64,000 bases of DNA from Patescibacteria group bacterium (GCA_018062825.1 JAGORL010000001.1:47137-111136); one strand, 5' to 3'. Numbered from the stretch's first letter, positions 9,158 through 19,364 are shown. The notes: a model not told the origin generated them from the letters alone. Program-made: numbers and translations.

Positions 9158-10429
9158 ATGCGTTATTCTCTTCTTTTCTCACAAACAGAAAAAAACCGCC
9201 CTGCGGATGCTGAAAGCGTGAACGCACGCCTTCTCGTTCAGGGTGGTTTTGTTGATCAGGAAATGGCCGGTGTTTACACCTGGCTACCGCTTGGCTTAGC
9301 TGTACTTCGCAAGGTTGAGCAAGTCGTTCGTGAGGAAATGAACGATCTTGGCGCTATGGAGATTTTCATGCCATCCCTCCAGCCAAAAGAGTATTGGGAG
9401 GCTACCAACCGCTGGGAAGGGGTTGATGTGCTTTTTAAGCTCCAGTCTCAAACCAAGAAAGAGTACGCCCTTGGCTGTACACATGAAGAGGTGGTAACGC
9501 CGCTTGCTCAAAAGTTTGCGCGTTCGTACAAAGATTTCCCGTTTGCGGTTTATCAAATTAACACCAAGTTCCGTGATGAACTTCGTGCCAAGTCTGGAGT
9601 TTTGCGTGGCCGTGAGTTCCGCATGAAGGACATGTATAGCTTCCATACTAACCAGGAAGATCTCACAGCGTTCTACGAGAAGGCATTAGGGGCTTATGTG
9701 CGCGCCTTCAATCGTTGCGGTTTGCAAGTAAAAGTGGTTCAGGCGTCAGGTGGTGTCTTCACGCAAAACATGTCACACGAATTCCAGGCGCTAACTGAGG
9801 CAGGTGAGGATATACTCGTTGCCTGTCCAAACTGTGAGTTTGGCCAGAACACCGAGATCGCTACCTTGAAAGTGGGTGAATCCTGTCCAAAGTGTGCAGG
9901 CACGCTTGCGCAGATGAAAGGCGTCGAGGTAGGAAATATCTTTGACCTTGGCACTAAGTACTCAGACGCCTTCAAGTTCGATTTCGTAAACGAAAAGAGC
10001 GAAAAAGAGCGTGTGCTCATGGGCTGTTACGGTATCGGAACCACGCGTCTTGTTGGTGCGCTCGTTGAAACGCATAATGACGAGAAGGGAATCGTTTGGC
10101 CAAAGGCTATCGCCCCATATGCCGTTCACCTGACGTCTCTCTATGGTCGAACTGATGAATCCATCGATCAGGTACAAAAAGCGAGCGAGGAGCTTTATAG
10201 CGCGCTACGCAAAGCCGGAATAGATGTGCTGTGGGACGAGCGTAAAGACGTTTCCGCTGGTGCTAAGTTTGCGGACGCTGATCTACTTGGCATGCCACTT
10301 CGTCTCGTTCTTTCGGAAAAGACTTTGGCGCAAGGTGTAGCCGAATGGAAAGGTCGCAAGGATGCAGATGCACAAATGGTGCCAATTGCCGACGTCGTTG
10401 AAAAAATTGTTACCTGGTATCGATCGTAA
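9158..10429 (+). CDS. proS: proline--tRNA ligase (short form, no editing insertion)
   Basis: Class II motifs: GVYTWLPLGLAVLRKVEQVVREEM, YQINTKFRDELRAKSGVLRGREFRMKDMYSFH, and Zn-ribbon CPNC...CPKC. ORF track starts at 9104; ATG at 9158 (MRYSLLF) matches ProRS N-termini. Confidence 0.8.
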   Translation: MRYSLLFSQTEKNRPADAESVNARLLVQGGFVDQEMAGVYTWLPLGLAVLRKVEQVVREEMNDLGAMEIFMPSLQPKEYWEATNRWEGVDVLFKLQSQTKKEYALGCTHEEVVTPLAQKFARSYKDFPFAVYQINTKFRDELRAKSGVLRGREFRMKDMYSFHTNQEDLTAFYEKALGAYVRAFNRCGLQVKVVQASGGVFTQNMSHEFQALTEAGEDILVACPNCEFGQNTEIATLKVGESCPKCAGTLAQMKGVEVGNIFDLGTKYSDAFKFDFVNEKSEKERVLMGCYGIGTTRLVGALVETHNDEKGIVWPKAIAPYAVHLTSLYGRTDESIDQVQKASEELYSALRKAGIDVLWDERKDVSAGAKFADADLLGMPLRLVLSEKTLAQGVAEWKGRKDADAQMVPIADVVEKIVTWYRS

Positions 10430-10436
10430 AACAAAA

Positions 10437-10472
10437 AAAGCCGCCCCCGATGTTTCGAAGGGCGGTTTTTTA
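10437..10472. terminator. bidirectional terminator between proS (+) and DUF4157 gene (-)
   Basis: aaaaaaa-gccgccc-ccgatgtttcgaa-gggcggt-ttttt. Confidence 0.55.
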
Positions 10473-10474
10473 TT

Positions 10475-10984
10475 TCATCGCTGCTCACGTAGTGTTTCAA
10501 TATACGGCTGATATATCTCGGGCGAAGTAAGGTAGTACTCAGCAACAATTTCCGCCTGTTCCTCAATGTCGTAATCAAGAAAATCCTTCTCGCTATCATG
10601 GTGGACAACATACGTATCCCTTTGGCTAATCAGTTCAAATAACGAGCGGGGAATATAGCTAAGGCCAAAATGTTGATACTGCCAAACATGCACAACTTCA
10701 TGCACAAGTAGCGCCTGATCATCGCTCACGGCGAGGTCAAAGCGTCCTTTCGGAAACGCGATCGTGTTGCCAAGCGTGATACCCGGATAAACAAGCGTCA
10801 GCGGTCCACCTGATTTAATCCGTACCGCCTCAAGGTCAACACTCTGCTCAAAGACTGGCAGTAAGATAGCGCGCTCGTCTTCAGACAGCGGTCGGGTGAA
10901 TAAAAAGTGCGGGACAAAGATCGCGAGGAGGAGTGCGTCTATAGCGAAATTCACTATAAGTATCGTTCGAGTTCGAGAGTTCAT
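10475..10984 (-). CDS. membrane-anchored DUF4157-like zinc-metallopeptidase-fold protein
   Basis: N-terminal TM helix. LLVHEVVHVWQYQ matches the DUF4157 HExxHxxQ signature. Confidence 0.55.
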   Translation of the reverse strand: MNSRTRTILIVNFAIDALLLAIFVPHFLFTRPLSEDERAILLPVFEQSVDLEAVRIKSGGPLTLVYPGITLGNTIAFPKGRFDLAVSDDQALLVHEVVHVWQYQHFGLSYIPRSLFELISQRDTYVVHHDSEKDFLDYDIEEQAEIVAEYYLTSPEIYQPYIETLREQR

Positions 10985-11031
10985 ACCTGTGCAGTATAAA
11001 CAAAAAGAGCGACGAACGCCGCTCTTTTTGT

Positions 11032-11349
11032 TTAGGTATTGATAATCGGTTGCCCTGCTGGTGCTTGGCGCTTAGCCTTGAGGGCATCCTTGAGTGCCTT
11101 ACCAGCTTTGAACTTAGGAACACGTACCTCGGGCACACGAATCTTCTCTGACGGATTGCGAGGATTCACACCCATACGCGCGGTGCGTGTACGAGCTGAG
11201 AACGTACCGAATCCAGCAATAGTTACCTCATCACCCTCAACAAGAGCCTTGGTAACGATCTGCTCAAAGTACTCAACAAAGTCTTCGGCAGTCTTTTTAG
11301 GAAGATCCATGCGTTCTGCAACGCGCAGCGCTAGTTCCGCTTTATTCAT
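11032..11349 (-). CDS. hup: DNA-binding protein HU
   Basis: MNKAELALRVAE...GFGTFSARTRTARMGVNPRNPSEKIRVP is a classic HU/IHF fold signature. Confidence 0.9.
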   Translation of the reverse strand: MNKAELALRVAERMDLPKKTAEDFVEYFEQIVTKALVEGDEVTIAGFGTFSARTRTARMGVNPRNPSEKIRVPEVRVPKFKAGKALKDALKAKRQAPAGQPIINT

Positions 11350-11419
11350 ACCGTTCGTGAGAAGAAAGAATATGGGGTGATGGTACCTAAGTGGCTAAAA
11401 TTTGGCAAGTGCTAGCCAA

Positions 11420-13018
11420 CTATCGAGCAAACTCCGTTACGCGCTTTTCACGAATAACGGTCACCTTAACTTCGCCAGGATAAGTAAGTTCATCCTCAAT
11501 CTTCTTAGCAAGATCACGAGCAAGTTCAAAGGCCTTAAAATCATCTATCTGACCAGGCTCAACAAACACGCGGATTTCACGACCAGCCTGAATCGCATAC
11601 GCCTTTTCAACGCCACCAAAGCTCATGGCAGCATTCTCAAGGTTCTGCAGACGCTGTAGGTACTCCTCAATCGAGTTGCGGCGTGCTCCTGGTCGAGCAC
11701 CAGAAATGGCGTCTGCTGCCTTCACAATCACGCCCTCAATAGTGCGTGGTCTGTCCTCGTGATGCGCAATGGATTGATAACAAAGCTCCTCAGGAAAGCC
11801 GAACTTTTTCATGATGTTATAACCAATCTGCGGATGCGCGCCTTGCATGTCGTGATCAACTGCCTTGCCAATATCATGGAACAAGCCACCCTTCTTAAGA
11901 GGGAACGGATCCATGCCAAGCTCCTCACCAATCATGCCGGCAATACGTGCCACCTCCATGGAGTGCTGAAGGACATTCTGGCCGTAGCTTGTGCGGAACT
12001 TTAAGCGACCAAGAATAGAAACGAGCTTTGGATCAATAGAAGAGACTGGAATACCAAGTTCAAAAAGCGCATCCTCACCAGCCTTTTTCATTTCCTTAGC
12101 AAGTTCATTCTTTGCTTCTTTCACTGCATCCTCAATCTTAGCGGGCTGAATGCGACCATCCTTCATGAGCATCTCAAGCGCACGCTTAGCAACCTGGCGG
12201 CGAACAGGGGAGAAGCCACTGACGGTAATAAGCCCCGGTGTGTCGTCAACAATAAGTTCACAACCTGTCTGGTGCTCGATCGCTTTAATATTACGACCTT
12301 CCTTACCAATAATGCGACCCTTCATGTCTTCGCTTGGAAGTTCAACGTACGTAGTAGTAGCGTCTACAACTTGGCTGCTAGCGTAGCGCTGGATAACAAG
12401 AGAAAGGATCTTACGTGCGCGCACTTCGAGCTCCTCTTCACTCATCTGATCAAGTTTGCGTGTGCGGCTAACAAGAGCCTCCTGATAGTCAGCCTCAATT
12501 TGGGTCATTACTTTCTCAAGCGCCTGCTCGCGAGTAAGTCCTGCAACCTCATGGAGCTTGCGAACAACATCTTCAATCTTTTCTGAAAGTTTCAGTTTCT
12601 CCTGACCAAGTTCAAGCTTTGTATTTTCAAGCTGAGTCTTCTTATCCTCAAATTCCAAAAGCGTCTTATCAAACATGCGTTCACGCTCACCGAGTCTTTC
12701 AATAGCAGCCTTGTGTTCCTTCTCAAGGTTAACGATCTCTTTGCGACCGTCCTCGATGATCGCTAGTGACTTTTCTTTAGCAGACAACAAAATACGCTGC
12801 TCTTCGCTTTTGGCGTTTTCAAGCGCTCGCTGTTTTTCAACCTGAGCAAGCTCTTCAATGGTGCGTTCCTTATTCTTTGCGTCTTCAAGAATCCTAGCCG
12901 CTCGACTTTCAGCAGAGTCGGTAAGGCGTTTTCCCAGAAGTGCGCGAACCCCATAGCCAACACCTCCACCTAACAAGAGCCCAAGAAGAGCAAGTAGAAC
13001 CGGTATCAGCACGTTCAT
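11420..13018 (-). CDS. rny: ribonuclease Y
   Basis: N-terminal TM helix, coiled coil, KH domain (IIGKEGRNIKAIE) and HD domain (HSMEVARIAGMIG...LFHDIGK). ORF track extends to 13117; ATG at 13018 (MNVLIPVLLALL) is the likely start. Confidence 0.85.
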   Translation of the reverse strand: MNVLIPVLLALLGLLLGGGVGYGVRALLGKRLTDSAESRAARILEDAKNKERTIEELAQVEKQRALENAKSEEQRILLSAKEKSLAIIEDGRKEIVNLEKEHKAAIERLGERERMFDKTLLEFEDKKTQLENTKLELGQEKLKLSEKIEDVVRKLHEVAGLTREQALEKVMTQIEADYQEALVSRTRKLDQMSEEELEVRARKILSLVIQRYASSQVVDATTTYVELPSEDMKGRIIGKEGRNIKAIEHQTGCELIVDDTPGLITVSGFSPVRRQVAKRALEMLMKDGRIQPAKIEDAVKEAKNELAKEMKKAGEDALFELGIPVSSIDPKLVSILGRLKFRTSYGQNVLQHSMEVARIAGMIGEELGMDPFPLKKGGLFHDIGKAVDHDMQGAHPQIGYNIMKKFGFPEELCYQSIAHHEDRPRTIEGVIVKAADAISGARPGARRNSIEEYLQRLQNLENAAMSFGGVEKAYAIQAGREIRVFVEPGQIDDFKAFELARDLAKKIEDELTYPGEVKVTVIREKRVTEFAR

Positions 13019-13152
13019 ATGATAAAAAGGTGCGGCTACGGCGCCGGCGAAAGAAGACTTTCGCACGATATCTATTGACGAAGAGGAAGTTGCGTCAAGG
13101 CGGCACAAGTACAACAAAGGGCCGCAACCGAAAACCGGACCATCAAGAATTC

Positions 13153-13869
13153 CTATGCGGACGGTAGCACGAGGTTTTTAGCAAGGTCAAGCCAATTTTC
13201 CGGAGATACTTCGCTAAGCGGCGTGGCTTGCGTCAGGCTAAACTCGCCAATTGATGTACGGCGAAGGCTTTTAAGGTAGCCGCCAGTTTGAAGCGCAGCG
13301 CCTAGGTCACGAGCGATTGCTCGGATATACGTTCCAGATGAGCAGGAGATACGGACAGAAAGCGTGACGGGTAGGGGAATGGTATCTGGTATCGCTTCAA
13401 GTAGTTCAAACGTATGAACGCGTACCTGGCGAGGTTCGCGCTCGATGGTTTTTCCAGCACGCGCTAATTCATAGAGCTTTTTTCCACCAACCTTAATAGC
13501 AGAGTGCATGGGTGGTATTTGAGCTAGCTCGCCGGTAAGGCCCTTGATCGCCTCTTGAACCTCATGGGCAGAAATCTCGGTTCGTCCATCAGCTCGCGGT
13601 ACGTTAATAACCTCAGCTTCAGGATCAAAAGTCTCAGTCGTTTGCCCAAGGACGATCTCGGCCTCATACGCCTTATCCATACCAAGGAGCTGCCCAAGGT
13701 GCTTGGTTGAGTCCCGGGTAATGCCAATGATAAGAAGTCCGGTAGCAAATGGGTCAAGGGTGCCGGAGTGACCAACGCGTTTTTCTCCGGTGATACGTCG
13801 AATACGCGCCACAACGCCGTGACTAGTCATGCCCGCTGGTTTGTCGATGAGAAGAAAAGACATATACAC
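13153..13869 (-). CDS. truB: tRNA pseudouridine(55) synthase
   Basis: LLIDKPAGMTSHGVV...GHSGTLDPFATGLL is the TruB catalytic Asp motif. Confidence 0.9.
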   Translation of the reverse strand: MYMSFLLIDKPAGMTSHGVVARIRRITGEKRVGHSGTLDPFATGLLIIGITRDSTKHLGQLLGMDKAYEAEIVLGQTTETFDPEAEVINVPRADGRTEISAHEVQEAIKGLTGELAQIPPMHSAIKVGGKKLYELARAGKTIEREPRQVRVHTFELLEAIPDTIPLPVTLSVRISCSSGTYIRAIARDLGAALQTGGYLKSLRRTSIGEFSLTQATPLSEVSPENWLDLAKNLVLPSA

Positions 13870-13882
13870 TGCACACTATCTT

Positions 13883-14701
13883 ATGCCAGAACTGCCAGAA
13901 GTGGAAACAATCCGCCGTCAGCTCCATGAAAGGCTCGCCGGTCAGATTATCGATTCGATCATCATTATTGATAGCGATAAAGAGTCGCCAAAGGGGGAGG
14001 GGTTTGCTGTTGCCCTTGGCGATAAGCTGATCAAGTCCGTTGATCGCCGGGCGAAATTGTTGATCATTCGGTTCAGTGACAACTCCGGCGTCACTATTCA
14101 TTTAAAGATGACCGGTCGTTTGGTTTTTGTTGCCAAAGAATCCATACCAACTAAGCATGATCGTTGGCGCCTGAGCTTCACAAATAGTAACGATGTCCTG
14201 CAGTGGTCGGATGTTCGTCGCTTTGGTTACACGAGATATCTTGAGAGTGAAGCGATCGAGTTGCTCTTAGGTGAGTACGGCCCTGAGCCTCTTGATGCTT
14301 CCGTAAACACCTTAGCACTTGCCCTGCAAAAGCAAGGTCGATCACGTTCCGTAAAAGCCGCGCTCCTCGATCAATCGGTAATTGCGGGCGTTGGTAATAT
14401 CTATGCCGATGAAGCCTGCTTTCGAGCCGGAATTCTTCCCATGACTCGAGTGCACGACCTTTCGATAACTGATCTAGAGCGTATCGCAATTCATGTACAG
14501 GCCGTCCTCAAAGAATCAATCGCGCAAAAAGGAACGAGCGCAAATGATTATGTAGATGCAAAAGGAGAGCGCGGCGGATTCCTGGGTCTTCTGCGTGTCT
14601 ATGGTCGCGAGCACGAGCCATGTGTGAACTGCAAAACACCGATCAAGCGCACAGTGCATGCCTCACGCGGTACACACTATTGCGCGTCGTGCCAAAAGTA
14701 G
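13883..14701 (+). CDS. mutM: formamidopyrimidine-DNA glycosylase
   Basis: Begins MPELPEVETIRR (catalytic Pro2). C-terminal zinc finger CVNCKTPI...YCASCQK. ORF track start 13829 is upstream of the canonical Met. Confidence 0.9.
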   Translation: MPELPEVETIRRQLHERLAGQIIDSIIIIDSDKESPKGEGFAVALGDKLIKSVDRRAKLLIIRFSDNSGVTIHLKMTGRLVFVAKESIPTKHDRWRLSFTNSNDVLQWSDVRRFGYTRYLESEAIELLLGEYGPEPLDASVNTLALALQKQGRSRSVKAALLDQSVIAGVGNIYADEACFRAGILPMTRVHDLSITDLERIAIHVQAVLKESIAQKGTSANDYVDAKGERGGFLGLLRVYGREHEPCVNCKTPIKRTVHASRGTHYCASCQK

Positions 14702-15220
14702 TTGCTATACTTCATTTGTATGGCACGACATCACGCAAAATTCATGCGCGCTACCACGCTTGATATCCTGACGAGTTTTGTCATCTTTGCGTTCCTGGTG
14801 TTTTTAACGATCATGGTCACGCAGCCGCTCGCTGAGGCCCGAGCCCGGCGCAATGGGGTCCGCTCGGATGGCGTGCGCGCTGTTATGGCTGCACTTCTGC
14901 AGTGGTCACATGACGATCCAGCATCTTTTGTAATCTGGAAGGAGGCGCTCCAGGCGCAAGGAAATGAAAAGTATGTTATCAGCTTCGGGGCATCTTGTGA
15001 CGGCTCATTTAGTGAACGCTGCTCAGATGAACTGGTCGCCGATACCTGTATTCAGTTCGATGCCTTGCCGGACGCATACCTTGCAGCTTTACCCGTAGAC
15101 CCGGTCACAAAGGTTTTACACGGGACGTATTACCTAAGCTTTAGCTCGACTGATGTTGAAATAGGCGCCTGCCAGGCGGAACAAGGTGAGGTTATTTTGC
15201 AGACAGATCTCTTGCGATAA
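14702..15220 (+). CDS. hypothetical secreted/membrane-anchored protein (weak pilin-like N-terminus)
   Basis: N-terminal hydrophobic segment TLDILTSFVIFAFLVFLTIMV. Several Cys in C-terminal half. Confidence 0.3.
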   Translation: MLYFICMARHHAKFMRATTLDILTSFVIFAFLVFLTIMVTQPLAEARARRNGVRSDGVRAVMAALLQWSHDDPASFVIWKEALQAQGNEKYVISFGASCDGSFSERCSDELVADTCIQFDALPDAYLAALPVDPVTKVLHGTYYLSFSSTDVEIGACQAEQGEVILQTDLLR

Positions 15221-15276
15221 TCGCGCTTCAAGAAATTTTCTTTACAGAAAGCCCTTTTTTAAGTATCCTCTCGGCC

Positions 15277-17310
15277 ATGAATATCTCACAGCTTGCCCGT
15301 CAGCTCCGGGTATCAACCGAAGAATTACGTTCCAAGCTTCCAGAGCTAGGTTTTGACATTGGAAACAAGGCCATCAAGATCCCAGATAAGGACGTGGGTA
15401 AGATCACGGCCGCCTGGCATGACTTGAAAAAGCGTCAGTACCTTCAGAAGAAAATGGAGGATCAGAAGGCTCGTGCCGAGCGTAAAGCTCAGGTTGCCGC
15501 TGGTGTTGCAGAGCGCGTCGCGCTTCCTGCCACTATTAACGTCCGTGACTTTTCTGCCATGGTGCACATACCAATTGCCAAGGTCATGCAAGAGCTCATG
15601 CGAAATGGCATTTTGGCTTCATTGAATGAAAAGATCGACTACGATACCGCGGCAATCATTGCCGAGGATCTTGGTTTTATCGCTGAACGCGCTGAAGAAA
15701 AAGCTGAAGACGTAGATGCGTTTGGCGCAGACAAGCTCGCTCAGATTCGTGAAGAAGAGCGTGCTGCCGGTGAATCAACACCTCGCGCTCCCGTTATCGT
15801 TGTCATGGGTCACGTTGACCACGGTAAGACTTCGCTTCTTGACGTCATTCGTAAGACAAACGTAGTAGCCGGCGAAGCGGGTGGTATTACGCAGCACATT
15901 GGCGCCTACCAGGTAGAGCGTAGTGGCCGTGCATTAACATTCATTGATACTCCAGGTCACGAGGCCTTTACGGTCATGCGTTCACGTGGCGCTAAGGTTG
16001 CTGACATTGCTATTCTTGTAGTTGCGGCAGATGACGGTGTGCAGCCGCAAACACGTGAAGCCGCTGATATTATTAAGGCAGCTAAGCTTCCGTTCGTGGT
16101 AGCGATCAATAAGATCGATAAAGAAGAAGCTAATCTTGAGCTCATCAAGGGACAATTGGCTGAGCTCGGTTTCGTTCCAGAAGATTGGGGTGGAAAGACT
16201 GTTTGTGTTCCTGTCTCTGCTAAGCAGAACAAGAATATTGACGGCTTGCTTGATGTGCTACTTCTTGTTGCGGACATGGAGAAGGCAAATATCGTCGCTA
16301 ATCCAGACCGTCCCGCCGCCGGTACCATTATTGAATCAAGGGTTGATAAGAACCAGGGTCCAACCGCAACTGTTATCGTGCAAACCGGCACACTGCGCGT
16401 GCAGGATTATTTGAGCGTTCGCGGGTATAACTATGGTCGTGTTCGCGCTATGAAGTCTTTTGATGGTTCAGTGCTCAAGGAGGCTCCACCATCAACGCCT
16501 GTAAAGATCATTGGTCTAAAAGAGGCGCCGTCAGTTGGTGACATTCTTGAAGTCGCAACCGATCTTGATTCGTTGCAAGAACTTCGTTCCCAGGCATCTC
16601 GCAAGGTTGGTGTGCAGGAAATGCAAACAACCGGTGCTAGCACTAAGGGCCCTGGAAACGCTGATGACGAAGCCACCAAGGCAACGCTTAATATCATTGT
16701 GAAGTCCGACGTACTCGGCTCACTTGAAGCGCTTCTTGGTATGGTTGATAAGGTCAGTAACCCACACGTTGGTGTAAAGGTTGTAGGTAAGGGTCTTGGT
16801 AACGTTACCGATGCCGACGTACTGCGTGCAGAATCAGCAAACGCCGTTGTCTACGCTTTCAACGTGAAGCCAATGGGTAATGCTGCTGAAATCGCTCGTG
16901 ATAAGAATGTAGCGATTGAAGAGTACTCAGTTATCTATAAGCTCTTTGACGGTATCGTTGAACGCTTGAAGAAACTCATCCCTTCGGAGAAGGTGTATAC
17001 CGAGCTTGGTACTGGTGAAGTGCTTGCTCTTTTCAAGAAGCTTGATAAGGGGCAGGTTATTGGTGCCCGTGTGAAGAAGGGCAAGTTCATCCCAGGCGCC
17101 GTTATCCGCGTGCTTCGTGACGGTCAGATGATTGGTGAGGGTAAGATTGAGGCCATTCAGGCCGGAAAGATGGCGGTACGAGATGTCTTAGCAGGTCAAG
17201 AATGCGGTATTTCCTTTATTGGAAAGGCCAAGATCGAACCAGGTGATCAGCTCGAGGCCTACCAGGAAGAGATCCAGGCCCGCACACTGATCGTCGATGG
17301 TGCAAAATAA
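15277..17310 (+). CDS. infB: translation initiation factor IF-2
   Basis: G domain [15 protein letters not shown]...DTPGHEAF...NKIDK. Confidence 0.95.
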   Translation: MNISQLARQLRVSTEELRSKLPELGFDIGNKAIKIPDKDVGKITAAWHDLKKRQYLQKKMEDQKARAERKAQVAAGVAERVALPATINVRDFSAMVHIPIAKVMQELMRNGILASLNEKIDYDTAAIIAEDLGFIAERAEEKAEDVDAFGADKLAQIREEERAAGESTPRAPVIVVMGHVDHGKTSLLDVIRKTNVVAGEAGGITQHIGAYQVERSGRALTFIDTPGHEAFTVMRSRGAKVADIAILVVAADDGVQPQTREAADIIKAAKLPFVVAINKIDKEEANLELIKGQLAELGFVPEDWGGKTVCVPVSAKQNKNIDGLLDVLLLVADMEKANIVANPDRPAAGTIIESRVDKNQGPTATVIVQTGTLRVQDYLSVRGYNYGRVRAMKSFDGSVLKEAPPSTPVKIIGLKEAPSVGDILEVATDLDSLQELRSQASRKVGVQEMQTTGASTKGPGNADDEATKATLNIIVKSDVLGSLEALLGMVDKVSNPHVGVKVVGKGLGNVTDADVLRAESANAVVYAFNVKPMGNAAEIARDKNVAIEEYSVIYKLFDGIVERLKKLIPSEKVYTELGTGEVLALFKKLDKGQVIGARVKKGKFIPGAVIRVLRDGQMIGEGKIEAIQAGKMAVRDVLAGQECGISFIGKAKIEPGDQLEAYQEEIQARTLIVDGAK

Positions 17311-17372
17311 ATCGACCTTTGTTAGAATGCCCATACCTGCATATTGAGGTGTGGGTATTTCATTTTCTGTCT

Positions 17373-17687
17373 ATGTTGGAACTAAATTCAGGTAATTTTG
17401 ACGCACAGGTAATTCAGGCTGGCGGCGTTGTCCTTGTTGATTTTTGGGCGCCCTGGTGTACACCGTGCAAGATGATGGGTCCAGTACTTGAAGAAGTACA
17501 AAAAGAGCTGCCAAACGTTACCCTCGCTAAGGTAAATGTGGATGAAAATCAGGATCTTGCTATGCGCTTTAACATCCTTTCCATCCCAACCTTCGTGGTC
17601 ATGAAGGGCGGGGGAGAGGTTGCTCGCTTTGCTGGCGCTATGAGTAAGGAGCAGTTCTTGGAGCGCGTTGCCCCATACGTGTCCTAA
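17373..17687 (+). CDS. trxA: thioredoxin
   Basis: WAPWCTPCKMM active site (WCxPC). Confidence 0.85.
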   Translation: MLELNSGNFDAQVIQAGGVVLVDFWAPWCTPCKMMGPVLEEVQKELPNVTLAKVNVDENQDLAMRFNILSIPTFVVMKGGGEVARFAGAMSKEQFLERVAPYVS

Positions 17688-17696
17688 TAAGGTCCT

Positions 17697-18614
17697 ATGG
17701 ACGCTCGAAACGTTATTATTATTGGTTCGGGTCCAGCGGGCTATACCGCGGCTATTTATGCTGCCCGCGCCATGCTCCAGCCAATTCTTATTTCTGGCCG
17801 TGAACTTGGCGGGCAACTCATGCTTACAAGTGAGGTAGAGAACTGGCCAGGTGAGCCAACCGGCATCATGGGTCCAGAACTCATGGAAAAGTTGAAAAAG
17901 CAGGCTGAACGTTTTGGTACAGAAATGTATCAAGATGTAGTAACAAGCGTTGATCTAAGCGCAGCTCCTTATAAAGTAACCACAGAGACGGGTAAGGAAT
18001 TCAGTGCAAGCGCGATCATTATCGCAACCGGCGCCTCAGCTAAATGGTTACACGTTGGTGAAGAGCGTCTGCATGGTCGTGGTGTTTCAGCGTGCGCTAC
18101 TTGTGACGGCTTTTTCTTCCGCGGTAAAGAGGTAGTTGTTGTTGGTGGAGGTGATAGCGCTATGGAAGAGGCTACATTTCTCACGCGCTTCGCAAATAAA
18201 GTCACGGTTGTGCATCGATCACAAGAGCTCCGCGCTAGTAAAATCATGGTTGAGCGCGCTAAGCAAAATCCCAAGATCGAGTTTATTCTCGATAGTGCAG
18301 TTACGGGTGTTGTTGGGGAAGACCGCTTAACCGCCGTAAAGATCAAGAATATCGTCACAGGAGAGGAGAGTGAGTATAAAGCCGACGGATTATTCGTTGC
18401 TATCGGTCACAAGCCGAACACTGATTTGTTCCAAGGTCGCATCACTGTTGATCAAAAAGGCTACATCGTTACTGAAAATCGTTCTACAAAAACCAACATT
18501 CCAGGCGTTTTTGCATGCGGTGACGTTATGGACGCCACCTACCGCCAAGCGGTAACTGCGGCCGGTACTGGCTGTATGGCCGCCCTTGAAGTGGAGCGTT
18601 TCTTGGCTCACTAA
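17697..18614 (+). CDS. trxB: thioredoxin-disulfide reductase
   Basis: IIIGSGPAGYTAAIYAARA (FAD) and redox-active CATCDG. Confidence 0.9.
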   Translation: MDARNVIIIGSGPAGYTAAIYAARAMLQPILISGRELGGQLMLTSEVENWPGEPTGIMGPELMEKLKKQAERFGTEMYQDVVTSVDLSAAPYKVTTETGKEFSASAIIIATGASAKWLHVGEERLHGRGVSACATCDGFFFRGKEVVVVGGGDSAMEEATFLTRFANKVTVVHRSQELRASKIMVERAKQNPKIEFILDSAVTGVVGEDRLTAVKIKNIVTGEESEYKADGLFVAIGHKPNTDLFQGRITVDQKGYIVTENRSTKTNIPGVFACGDVMDATYRQAVTAAGTGCMAALEVERFLAH

Positions 18615-18634
18615 AATACATTTTGTATTCAGTA

Positions 18635-18673
18635 AAAAATCACCTTGCATAAACGCGAGGTGATTTTTGTTTT
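18635..18673 (+). terminator. Rho-independent terminator after trxB
   Basis: aaaaa-tcacct-tgcataaacgcg-aggtga-ttttt. Confidence 0.55.
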
Positions 18674-18701
18674 CAAACATACTTTGCTACCCTCAAGCTA
18701 T

Positions 18702-19364
18702 ATGCGTTTTATCATCGTTGTTGCCCTTATATTTTTGCTCGGCGCTGGTTGCGCGCAACAAGGTCGAGAAACTACTGAAGATCGTGTCGCAAATCCAGAT
18801 AATAACTCTTCAGCGATCGATGAAGCGACCGAAAATAGTGAGAATGAAATACTGGAAGATGCTGAAGAATCTCAGGACCTTGTCGTGCCGCCGATTGATC
18901 CGGAAGCGGCTTGGGGTTATCACGCGACGCTTAAAGTTTTTGGCCAATTTGTCGATGACCGTTTCTATGGCTATCACGCCGGTGAAGATGTGGAAGTACT
19001 TCCAGAATTTGAAGGAAGTGATGTTGAAGTACGCGCAGCAGCAGAGGGTTACATTGTGTACAAAAATTGGGTAGGAGGTTATGGGGGAGTGGTAATTATC
19101 GAGCATGAAATCTCAGGCGAAATCTATCGATCGCTCTACGGACACCTTGATCTTGATTCAGTCACGCAAGACGTGGGTGAGCCGCTACAAAAGGGCGAAG
19201 TCTTTGCGCTTCTTGGCGACCCTTATTCAACCCAAACCGACGGCGAGCGTCAGCATCTGCACTTTAGTGTTTGGAAAGGTGAAGCGGTGCAGTTGGCGGG
19301 CTATGTCGGAAAATCAAGCGAGCTTGCTAAGTGGCTAAACCCACAAGACTTTTACAAGCTATAG
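18702..19364 (+). CDS. M23-family metallopeptidase lipoprotein
   Basis: Lipobox LLGAGC. M23 motifs GYHAGEDV, GGYGGVVIIEH, HLHFSV. ORF track starts at 18645; ATG at 18702 precedes the signal peptide. Confidence 0.75.
   Translation: MRFIIVVALIFLLGAGCAQQGRETTEDRVANPDNNSSAIDEATENSENEILEDAEESQDLVVPPIDPEAAWGYHATLKVFGQFVDDRFYGYHAGEDVEVLPEFEGSDVEVRAAAEGYIVYKNWVGGYGGVVIIEHEISGEIYRSLYGHLDLDSVTQDVGEPLQKGEVFALLGDPYSTQTDGERQHLHFSVWKGEAVQLAGYVGKSSELAKWLNPQDFYKL

Noticed and set aside
13019-13117. N-terminal 33-aa extension of the rny ORF in the track
   Set aside because: RNase Y begins with its TM helix at the internal ATG (MNVLIPVLLALL). The upstream extension is Ser-rich with no function and would overlap the terminator/promoter region.
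16136-16697. Small ORFs on both strands inside infB
   Set aside because: Embedded within a highly conserved IF-2 reading frame. No independent signals.
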